From the NCBI GenBank assembly GCA_037447605.1, contig CM074815.1, forward strand, positions 1,674,001 to 1,738,000: a DNA stretch of 64,000 bases. The letters are read 5' to 3'. The stretch comes from Zygnema circumcarinatum SAG 698-1b (Eukaryota; Plantae; Zygnematophyceae). A model generated the notes under the pieces. It was not told where the DNA came from. It did not search any database and saw only the letters and a program-made list of their open reading frames with translations. The translations under genes and the position numbers were made by a program. Within the stretch, counting starts at the first letter, position 1, and each line of letters opens with the position of its first letter. Shown here in pieces: positions 1 through 9,878 of the stretch.

Positions 1-1229
1 GTTCTAACAAAGATCAACCCGGCAAAGAAGGGAGAGGCACCGCCAATGACCTTGACTTGTTATAAGTTTGCACTCCTTGTGAGATGTCTATTCCCATTCT
101 GTGGTGGTTAATAGGTCAAATCTAACGAATTTGTGGAGCAAGGTTGTGTTCAACACAATCATGCATCCAGCATGCGGCAGTGCGGGAACCATCTCTTACT
201 CGTACTCAGGCGAACTCTAATCAACTCTCACAGCTACTATAGAATTAATCATCTTGGCTTTCACCATTGCCCAGGTGCCCGCTGATTCATGCCAGCGAAA
301 GCAAAATCATCATAAAGTTTCGGTACTCATTTCCCTGCTGAGCTTCCTCCAATTTATTGATAGCGCAGTAGATGCTTGTGCCATGGATTGCGCACTCGGA
401 GCATGCAGCCGCCACGGGAAAGCAATGATTTCGTGTGGAATGTGATGATGTTGATGCTTGGATATCCGCCAATCCTAGGCTCCTTATTGAGGGAAGGCTG
501 TGCTATGCTTCGGAACGAGCTCAATGAATTGTACCTTCAAACAACTGTCGAGCGCATTACTGTTTGAGTCCTGCATAGAGCGCCGCGGCACCAATTCCTT
601 CCTGCTGCAGTTTGCATAAAAGGAGCTGCAGCCAGCGAACAGCTCCAAACATACACCAATTCATCCTTTGGACCAATTCCATCATTACGAGACACAGCAT
701 ACTTATCGAGAAGAACATAAAATACCGTATGTTGTCAATGCTCTCGAGTAACTGAATTCATGAATAGTAATGTAACTCTCCCATGAGCCAGGGCAGAGTT
801 CAAAACAAGCGTTCAACAAAGCGAGTCAGCCTGCTCTTGCTGATCACAATGACCGGCGACAACAGTCTCCTATGTCCTTTCCCCTCGCCCTGAAAGTGCC
901 GGATCCAAGCAAGGAGCTGTCTCAACCTCCCCATCCATGCGTCTCCTCGCCCTCCGTGAGGATGCTTGCCATCAAAACCGCGACCATGCATGCATGCATG
1001 CCTCTCTCCGCTCGTCCCTCTCACTTCCCACCCCATCAAGTCCCCGAGCCTGATGCCACGCTCCGCCCATCGCCGGTTTGCTATTCAGCGCGGGCTGCGG
1101 GGGCGACTTCGGGTGGCTCGTTGGGGCGCCACGTGGACAAACAACCGCCCGTTTCTTTGTCGTATTGGACTGAGCTGGAAATGTCGCCATACCAAACGAT
1201 CTGATCAGAAACCCGCCAAACAAAACTGG

Positions 1230-2441
1230 TTTGTACCTGGCCACGTGGCGCCACCGGACAGCGGATTGTGGGTCCCACAATGCAGAATGGCCCGCAGTTA
1301 GAGCTGACGTTGACCCCCCTTGTAGGGGATACCGTACGGCAGCGAGTCGGTCCTTACTTGCCGTACGGACTGTCCTTGTGTCCAAGGCCCGGCAGTTGCA
1401 CATCCACGCCCCGGGGGGGGCCACGTGCCGAAGCCTGGTTCTCCGGCTGCAGTACCGTACGGCAAGAGTTCGGCCGAGGAACAGCGGGCCAGGCCAGGCC
1501 AGCGGCTGGCCAACTTGTACAATGATCATGGCCAGCTGGCCGACAAAACCGGCTGCCTGCCGGACAGGCAGAAAATCTGATGGCGAGGCTCTGGACGGCT
1601 GCCGGCCGGGAGGGTCGACCGCCGCCTGCTTCCTGATTCGACCGACATGTGCCGACTCTGGTGCCGGACAGGCATCGCGACCAGTGCTCCGACCGCAGCG
1701 GAGGGAGGGAGGGAGGAAGACGGCCAGACGGCCGGGCGGCTGGCTGGCCGGCTGGCCGGCGGGCGCTGGTGGTGGTCAGCCATGGCCACCCGTCAAAATG
1801 TTGTACGACATTTAATACTTAAATAGGCAATAACAGACGTAGGCTACTTGTGACCAGTTCTTCGTGGTTCCCAAGGCTAATTTTGTCCGTGTACACTTGA
1901 TGGTCTTGCCACTGTGAGATCAATGCTATTTCTTCCCCTTGAGGTCCCTTGAGGGATGTTTCAAAGCGAGCAAAGATGCAACAACAACAACACTACACAC
2001 ACACACACACAATACTGCACTGCACGCACAAGCCGGCGAAGCCCAGCGTTCACCACATTGGCACAAAAGTGAAATGAATGCTCAGCGGCCGGCCGGCCGC
2101 GCAAACCCGCGCCGACAGAGCCGGCCGGCCACATTCTCAGTTTGTAACGGCCATTCTCGCCGGCCGGCCCGTCTCCTGACCGTCCGGCCGCCCCACCTTG
2201 TCGTCACTCTACAAGACAAAGCTCCCCGCCCGCAAGCCAGCTATCCATATGTACGGACTACCTGCTCGTAGAGCCGTCCGGCCCGTCCGCCGTCGGCCGG
2301 CTGCTCGCTCGTCCAGCCGTACGGTGGATCTCGCAAGTGGATCCGCCAGTCCACTGTAGGACCGCGGCCCTGCCAGCTGGCCGTGCCGCCCGCCGGGCCC
2401 AACCTTTCGCGTTTGCCGGCGGTCCAGTCGCATGTCCGTAC
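1230..2441. promoter_or_regulatory. GC-rich intergenic island with GTAC/CCGTACGG and G-box clusters upstream of the coiled-coil gene
   Basis: CCGTACGG at 1332, 1361, 1455, 2317; GTACGGAC/GTCCGTAC at 1363, 2251, 2434; CACGTG at 1130, 1242, 1422; many GGCCGGCC palindromes; AT-richer core about 1810-2080. Regulatory role is inferred. Confidence 0.5.
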
Positions 2442-3128
2442 AGATTGATCCAGCGCGGGAATTTGTTGACCATCGCTGCTACTTCCAGTGGCGGGCACGT
2501 GTCCTCCGCAGGGCTCGGCCGACAATTTTTGGCAGGACCAACGGACGGCCGCCGCCTACTAGTTTCCCTTGCCGTCCAGCAGGAACTTTTTACATTGACC
2601 GTAGTTTCTGGGCAGCTTGGTCATCACGTATGTCGCCTCTCCCCGTCTCCGGCTTCCAGTCCCGCTCCAACCATGCGCCTAAGTCCGCCCTCGACGCGCC
2701 ACGTGGCATCTTTTTGGCCGTTACTGCTGCCCAAAAAACGTTTTTCTGCCCGCAATCGCCAGCCGCTTCGTATTTTACAGTTGTCGTTTTCGTCCGACGG
2801 ACAGGACGGATTATTCAGCCAATGGCGTGCTCCGCGAGTGCCGGCTCGAACGTGCCACCAACGGTCCTCATTGGCCCGTTGGCCGAGCTCTGATTGGCCA
2901 CCGACACGGAGCGGTCCCTTCGTCCTTTGCGAGCGGTACTCGAGGCGTCGGCCAATGGGACGCTCCGGAGAAACGTGTTGAAAGAACGTGGCTGCTCACC
3001 ATTGGCCGGATTCCAGCCCCCATTTGCGAGGGGAGGCGAAGCGGACGAGGCGAGCCCCGCCCTTGAAGGCCGGGCCGCCCCCAATTGGCAGCTCCCGGGA
3101 CCGCCATTGCAGGGCCGCCAGCGGCCGA

Positions 3129-3158
3129 CCCTAACCCTAACGCTGATCCTAACCCTAA
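3129..3158 (+). promoter_or_regulatory. Telo-box-like (CCCTAA)n in the 5' leader of the coiled-coil gene
   Basis: ccctaaccctaa..cctaaccctaa lies upstream of the first ATG (3184); the ORF track start at 3085 is a TTG. Confidence 0.4.
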
Positions 3159-3183
3159 TCCTGCAGCGGTTCAGACGAGCAGC

Positions 3184-5073
3184 ATGCGGGACGGAGGTCA
3201 TGGGAGGGAGCTCATGGGGGAGAGAGAGGATGAGGAGGAGGAAGACGACGAGGAGGAGGAGATAGAGATGCCGCAGGGCTGCACCATGGGAATGCGCCGC
3301 CCGCGCGTCCGGCCCTTCGGATCCGCATGCATGGGTCCCGCTGCTGCCGCTATGGGCAGGGGGAGCAAGCAGGGAGCCTATGCTCGCTTCCGTCATGCGG
3401 CCGACAGGTGCCTGCTCCCCCTCCCGCTCTTTCTCGATCTCTCCCTTTCCTTCTCTCTTCCCCTCTCCCCGTCGTGTGTCTTGCAAGAATCTGTTTTTTT
3501 TATCACTGACGCGATCTGGAGTTCACCCTGCAGCCTGGCGAAGTTGAAGGAGGAGAGCGAGAAGGAGACGGCGGATCTGAAAGAGCGGCTGCGCGGAGCA
3601 GAGGAGGTGGCGGAAAAGGAGAGGCGGCGCGCAGATACGGCGGAAGGAAAGCAGCGGCAGCTGGAGGACCACCTCGCTCTGCAGAGGAGGGAGCTCACGC
3701 GCTTGCTGTTGGAGAGGAAGGCGGAAAGGAGGGAGCTTAGAGCGGCGAGACAAGCCGAGTCGGAGAGGGTAAAGAAGGAGGGTGAAAAAGGGAGAGGCGC
3801 TTTGAAAGGGACAGGGGACAATGGGAAGGGGGAGGGAAAAGAAAGTGTGCAGGGATTTGATGCTGTGCAGAAAAGTGGAGAGAAGGAAGAGAAAAAAGAG
3901 GGAGGGGGAGGTGCGAAAGGCCTCCCTCCCCTTGTGGTAGGGAGGGGGGTGAGTAACTCAACTGGTGCTGGGAAGGAGCTCCAAGGAGCTCAATTGAAAA
4001 TTGAGAACCTTGTTCGGGAGGTAGCGGAGAAAGAAGCGGTTATGAAAGAGATGAAGAGAGAGCTGGAGAGGTGGAGGGAAGGGGCGGTTGGAAAAGAGGC
4101 TGAAAAAGGGTCGGAAGCGGAGGCACAGGGAGTCCCCGGCAATGTAGCAAAAGCGAAAGTGGACGTGGAGGAAGCAGTTTCAGCCAAGAATTCTCCTGCG
4201 GAAAGCGCAGCTCAGATGGAGAAGATAGCAGGCATGGCGGAGGAGATTGGGAGGCTTCGATCGCAGGTGGTAACGAAGGAGGATGCCGTCACACGCGTGG
4301 CCGAAAAGAACAGGGAACTGACTCGAGTGTTGAACAAAACTGAGGAGCATAGAAAGGAGCTGGAACGGCAGCTCAAGCGGATGAAGGACGACATTGCTCG
4401 GTTGGTGGATGATCTTGTTCAACTTGCCAAGGGTGAGAGACCTCTCACAGATCTCGACCTTCCCGCAGCCTCTCCAACCTCACCGGGAGTTGTGGGATAC
4501 CGCCAGAAGCTGACAGGTATCGTGTTGAAGCTGAGGGAGGAATTGAAGGCACTTGGTGAGGAGAAGGAGGGGGAGTTGCGGCAGTTAGGTATAGTTCTGC
4601 AAAGCAAGGAGGCGGCTATTTCATGGCTGGTGAAGGAGGTAGATGGGCTGAAGGAGTCTTTGGGACAGAGGGAGAGAGCGAAGGAGGAGGAAGCTGGTGG
4701 GGTGGCAGCCATGGCTGAGAAGGTAGCGGAAGCGACAAGGCTGAGAGATGAGGCAGTGAAGAAAAGGGATGCACTCGAAGGGGAGCTTCGAGCCGCGAGG
4801 AGTGCGCTCTCTGAGGAGATTAGAAGGAAGAGTGAGAGTGAGAGAGAGGGAGAGGGTGTGGGTGTGGTGAGGGCGAAGCAAACGTGCAACGAATGCAGCA
4901 GAAAGAGAGAGAAGCCTAAACCGAAAGCTGACGACGTGGGAGAGTTTGGCGCGGGAGTGAAAGCATCTCGAGGCGAAGTGGAGGGACTGGGAACAGAGCT
5001 GACCAAGGCTGAAACGGAGCTGGAAAATGGGGCCAAGAAGAAAGGGCTGCTAAGTGATATTGGAAACTTCTGA
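3184..5073 (+). CDS. Uncharacterised acidic/basic coiled-coil protein (about 587 aa)
   Basis: Long ORF with an E/K/R-rich heptad-like sequence (LAKLKEESEKETADLKERLRGAEE...). First ATG is 3184 (alternative 3214). Probable 126-nt in-frame GT-AG intron 3408-3533 (CT tract, CACTGAC branch site, CCCTGCAG acceptor). No family recognised. Confidence 0.75.
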   Translation: MRDGGHGRELMGEREDEEEEDDEEEEIEMPQGCTMGMRRPRVRPFGSACMGPAAAAMGRGSKQGAYARFRHAADRCLLPLPLFLDLSLSFSLPLSPSCVLQESVFFITDAIWSSPCSLAKLKEESEKETADLKERLRGAEEVAEKERRRADTAEGKQRQLEDHLALQRRELTRLLLERKAERRELRAARQAESERVKKEGEKGRGALKGTGDNGKGEGKESVQGFDAVQKSGEKEEKKEGGGGAKGLPPLVVGRGVSNSTGAGKELQGAQLKIENLVREVAEKEAVMKEMKRELERWREGAVGKEAEKGSEAEAQGVPGNVAKAKVDVEEAVSAKNSPAESAAQMEKIAGMAEEIGRLRSQVVTKEDAVTRVAEKNRELTRVLNKTEEHRKELERQLKRMKDDIARLVDDLVQLAKGERPLTDLDLPAASPTSPGVVGYRQKLTGIVLKLREELKALGEEKEGELRQLGIVLQSKEAAISWLVKEVDGLKESLGQRERAKEEEAGGVAAMAEKVAEATRLRDEAVKKRDALEGELRAARSALSEEIRRKSESEREGEGVGVVRAKQTCNECSRKREKPKPKADDVGEFGAGVKASRGEVEGLGTELTKAETELENGAKKKGLLSDIGNF

Positions 5074-5987
5074 CTGTCAAAATTAAACTAAACTCTGAAG
5101 CGCATTTTTTTCTTCAGGGAAAGAAGGTGTGTGCGTCACGTCATATCGTAATGGTTGGGCCACTAGCAATGAAAACTATGACCAAGAGCCCCTAAGCAGC
5201 AATAATGAGATAAATGCTCAATTCAATCCTTTATACTGAACTCCGTTATGAGACATGGAACAAGGCTCACTGTGAGTTCCGTCAACAAAAAGAAATCGGA
5301 TCCGATTTGAGAAGGCTGCACAAAGCAAGAGGTAGCGGCAGTAGGAAGGTGACCACCATTTCTTTTTCGATTTATTATTATCAGCACTTAGTGTGATAAG
5401 CCAGTGGGGAGGGATGTACGTATGTATAGTATGAGTGCCAACCGCACATAGCGCAAGGTATAGCTCTTGATTGGCGGAGCTTGTAAAGGAGGAAGGCGGC
5501 GGATCAGCTTTGGGAAGGTAGGAATAGAGAGGCTACTTTCTTTCCTGCATGTGGGCAAATACGTAGGTTTGCATGTACATGTCTCTTGCTCAAATGGGAT
5601 TCAGACACCTGGCACTCAATTGAGCGTCCTTGGCCGCGTCCTCCTTTGTGAATACTCGAGGGGCCTTTCGTCCCTGAAAATCTGAGACAAGCTAGACGAA
5701 AGTCAAAGGGTTCATGTTGCGTACTACGAAATGCATATGTGTGTGCCAATCAGTTTTCGTTGCCAGCATCGCCTTTGTACATAACTTGCTCAACTCCACA
5801 GCATGACGAGTGTCAAGCTTGACATCATGGGTAACTAGAATGCAGCTCTTTGCACAACTCACACATGAAAAAAACAGGATCCCAAGGGCATTTGGATCCT
5901 CTGCACATGTCTAACTAAAGAAGCTTCCAATGCCAGTACGCAATTTCACACCACACCTTCACTGGTGCTCTGCGGGTTATTCTCAGC

Positions 5988-6900
5988 CTAAACTTCTGCA
6001 TCTTGAAGTTGAGACCTTCCGACTCCTGAGTTGCTGGAGCCGCCACTCCTCTCCTCCTCTGCCTCCCGTTCTCCAGTAACTGAGTTCTCGCCTTTCCTTC
6101 TCGCACCTTGATAATCACAATGCACGTTTTCTTGAGAAGGGTCCTCTGTCTCAGGAGGCGCCGATGCTGCCTCTCGCACTCGTGCAATCTCATAGCGAGG
6201 AATGGCAGGAAGGAGTGCAGAGGGGGCACTCGGAGTGCGAGGCGTCAAAGGCGAACCCGAGTCATTGATTGGAGTTTTGGTCCATGCTAGAAAGCTTGGC
6301 ACAGTGCCCCCAGGCATGAGGATCTGGAAGGAGGGCAGTGGAGCTTTGCTCTCTACCTCAACATTCTGTAGAGGAGTGCGCGCCGAAAAAGGGAGGGGAG
6401 TGAGAGGCACTACTGCCAACCTCCGTCTACGGTTTCCGTAAAAGCGCATGTAGCCAGCAAAAATGGCGACAGTGAGGAGCCCGAAAAGGACACCTGCAGA
6501 AGGGAAACAGACTAGTAAGAATCCTGCAGTGGCCCTGTGTGTGCCTACGTGGGTGGTGGCAACTAAAAACTCTTACTTTCTCACCTGCTAGGAGAGCTAG
6601 GCCCAGATAGAGGGCGAAATGGACATTTTCGATTGTGGATTCCACAGTGGGGGTGTTGCAGCTTGAGAGAGTGCAAGGCAAGGGGGGTGGAGGAGGCAGA
6701 AGGAATGGAGAAGGCAGAGGGAGTGAAGGAGAGAGGGGGAGTGAAGGAGAGAGGGGGAGTGGAGGAGAGAGGGGCACGCGTGTGTCCTCTCTGTGATGGG
6801 AGTGGAGTGCCCGTCGGAAGGATCCTTGAATCGGGTGATGTGAAGAGCCCAAATAATTTGTTTCATGGCGGAGAAAGACAGAGAAAAAAGGTGCAGCCAT
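5988..6900 (-). CDS. Single-pass membrane protein with C-terminal LMPG..PSFLA motif (GLUTAMINE DUMPER/At5g65660-like)
   Basis: Exons 6900-6585 and 6493-5988 (91-nt phase-1 intron) join into VHFALYLGLALLA-GVLFGLLTVAIFAGYMRFYGNRRRR (TM plus basic stop-transfer), followed by FQILMPGGTVPSFLAW. ATG context GCC ATG G. Exact N-terminus uncertain. Confidence 0.65.
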
Positions 6901-7544
6901 GGCTGTTAGGGAAGGACGAGAGGAAGGGGTAAGGAGTGAAGGTGGATTTGTGGCGGGAGAGCGAGGGAGGTAGACGGGGGGGGCAGGGGGAGAGATAGAA
7001 AACAATGGAATGAATGAAAATACGAATTATTATTGTCTCTCGCTTTCCTTTTTAGAAAGGATGAGGGTTAAGGAAATTGGCTTCTGACAACGGCGCTGAT
7101 TTCCGAGAGTAGAAGCTGCACTAAAATCCACCTTCTTTTTCCTTCGGTTTTCCTCCTTTTTTTATTCTCAAGAATTTCTCTGCTTTTCAGGAAATCCCCG
7201 GCAGCCAATCCTGCGAGCTTGACGTTCAAGTCTCGTCGCTGCGCCGTACTCCTTCCAAACTCCCATTCGTCTAATTCAACTTAAGAATGAATCTCTCCCT
7301 TCCCCCCTCACCGGGAAAGAAAAAGAATCCATCTCAGCATCCGCCATGGCCGCCACGTGTCGAAGCACCGCACGCTACTCCCTCGACGACGTCACGGCAA
7401 ATTACACTAACTGCAAATGGCGACACGTGGCATTAAAGAGAGCGCGAGAGGGGCAGAGAGGGGAGCTGGAGAGCCGCGCGCATTCATTCGGAGCCAGCCG
7501 GCGCGATGCAATGCAATGCTTTCGGGGCTTTGCGGGTGCGGCCG

Positions 7545-7827
7545 CCTCTCTCCTCTCTCCTCTATCCTCTCTCCTCTCTCCCCTCTCCTCTCTCCTCTCT
7601 CTCTCTCTCTCTACTCTCGCCTCTCTCCTCTCTCCTCTCTCCTCTCTCCTCTCTCCTCTCTCCTCTCTCCTCTCTCTCTCCTCTCTCCTCTCTCCTCTCT
7701 CCTCTCTCCTCTCTCCTCTCTCCTCTCTCCTCTCTCCTCTCTCCTCTCTCCTATATCCTCTCTCCTCTCTCCTCTCTCCTGTCTCTTCTCTCCTTTCTCC
7801 TCTCCCCTCTCTCCTCTCTCCTCTCTC
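7545..7827. repeat. (TCTCCTC)n polypyrimidine heptamer microsatellite, about 280 bp
   Basis: Nearly pure C/T tract with 7-bp period; it produces the spurious SLLSPL/ERREERG ORFs. Confidence 0.95.
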
Positions 7828-7983
7828 GGCGGGGTGGGGTCGGCCGGTCACGGCTGGCGAGTAGCGGCGCGAACGAGGGAGGGCGGGCGGGGGAGGCGAC
7901 GGCGGTTTGGCGCGCAGCGGGGCGGGGGCGTTCACACGCGCAACCGCAGGGCTAGTTGCGTCCGCGGCAACGGGCAACGGCGA

Positions 7984-8079
7984 TTCCAGACCGCGTTTAC
8001 ACATACAACCACAGTTCCAGTTCCGACAACACGGAAACAGCAGTTCCAGTCCGCGTTCACAATACAAGCGCAGTTCCAG
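7984..8079 (+). repeat. Imperfect 36-bp direct repeat (period 60) rich in CAGTTCCAG
   Basis: ttccagaccgcgtttacacatacaaccacagttccag (7984) vs ttccagtccgcgttcacaatacaagcgcagttccag (8044). Confidence 0.7.
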
Positions 8080-9640
8080 AGCGTGTGAACATGTGGCGTC
8101 TTCGCATGCGTGTGCCATGCCGTGCCATGCCATGCCAGGCCATACACTCACACGGCGGCGACGCAAAGGCAAAGCGGGGACCCGATGGGAGCGGTCACGA
8201 AGGTCATTCATGGAATTATGTGCACAGAAAAGTGGAGGCGGCAAGTGACCATGCATGCATGCAGGCAGGCAGGCAGGCCCTAACGATGCGCCAACTCCAA
8301 AGGCAGCCTAAACTCTATGAACCTCAAACGCTAAAATCCCGAAGTGAAAGATCGGCGATGCGCGCACATGCCCTCACGCTAATGTTTGCTGCACGGGCGG
8401 TGAGCGGGCAGGCAGGATGGATGGATGGACCGCGTGAATGTTGCGATGTGGTCATGGAGGTGCGATATGAGGTTATGTGAAGTATTTTTCACGTCATTCA
8501 TGCGGCGATGGGCTTGAAAGAGGGAATGAATCGAGTTGATCTTACGGTGGTGGCGTCATGAAAAGCTACAAAGTCGTCGTTTTCACTCACCCGCAGGTTG
8601 AAGGGGATTGCAGGCGACTTCGAGGGCAGAGATCATGGCTTACACCCAACCCCCATGTCGCATGCAGTACGGTTCACTCACGTGCGGTCAACTGTTCCAC
8701 TACCATTCATTCAGCCTTCGTTACCTATGAGTTCAGTTAAGATATCAAGAGCCCACCTTCGATTGACACTTTCAAGGGCGCACAAGGTATGCTTTATTCC
8801 TTTTTTTTGTTTTTTTTGTTTTCTGATCGTGAGATCAATGCCACGTCCCGCTCATTGTTTCATTTCTTTCCATGCAGAATCCACGCATATCACGATGAAG
8901 CAGTCTGCGTAAAAAATAACTCTCTCGTATACAATCTGTCAATTTCAATCCCCCTTTTGCTTCATTGAAAATGCAGCAACCACCGTGCATACATGACATC
9001 TGAAGCTCTGCCGCCAAAGACTGCCACCTCTCGTATTGGCAACAGCAGCGCACTGCCCACGCCCTTGACTGGTTCTCGACCGATCAATGCATCGGAGACG
9101 GACTTGTCCATGCATGGACCAAGCCAAACTTGCCAGGCCAACAGACCATCCAAGGGCTGATCTCACAGCGACATCATGACCCTGCCAGGATATCATTTTT
9201 CAGATCAATGTCCATGGTAGAGCACACTCGTGAAGGAAACCAGTCTCCACAATTTATTTGCTCTGTAAAAATTGAAGGAATAACCTTGTGTCTCTGCATC
9301 AACGTCACACCTAAACAGCCACCTCGTTATCGATCACGCTTTTTTTCTTGCTTTTGTGTTTTCTATTTTAAAAATAATGATTGTTAGTCACTCCCTGCAG
9401 ACCCTGTCGACCCTGCCGACCCTACCTGAAAAACAACCCTAATCCCCATACGAATTTTGAGTTGGAGCTTATTTTTTATCAGGTCCAAGTGAAAAACGTC
9501 CTCATCAATCGACTAAATAAATAAATTCTGCGCGATCAAGGGTGAGAGATCGACGTATGGAGCAGCCCAAATCTGTTGTCAGTTGCAATCGCTCCCCCCT
9601 TTAGCCATTACGGCTCGCACCATCATCACGCCTACCACAC

Positions 9641-9878
9641 CTCCACGACTTGCTCAAAGCCCAACTACGACCCCTCCAACGTCCCCAACAAAAAACACCT
9701 AAGATGTCCTCCGCGACCAAGAAGTTTGGCGTTCTGGAGCATTGATGTTCATTGCATTGCGACCGCTCCATAACTTGCTTAAGCCCAAACACGGCCTCCT
9801 CCCACGTCCCTAAAGAGGCACCTAAGATGACCTTCGCGACCAAGTAGGTTGGCGTTTTGGAGCATTGATGCTCATTGC
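9641..9878. repeat. Tandem duplication (about 123-125 bp) spanning the last codons, stop and proximal 3' UTR of the RLK
   Basis: Copy A 9641-9755 and copy B 9766-9878, e.g. cacctaagatg at 9696 and 9819. Confidence 0.85.

Noticed and set aside
1-1039. Protein gene at the window start
   Set aside because: Splice-like signals exist on both strands, but I could not assemble a consistent frame or recognise a family.
7346-8256. Long ORFs on both strands (SLLSPL / ERREERG)
   Set aside because: Translations of the TCTCCTC microsatellite, which cannot contain stops.
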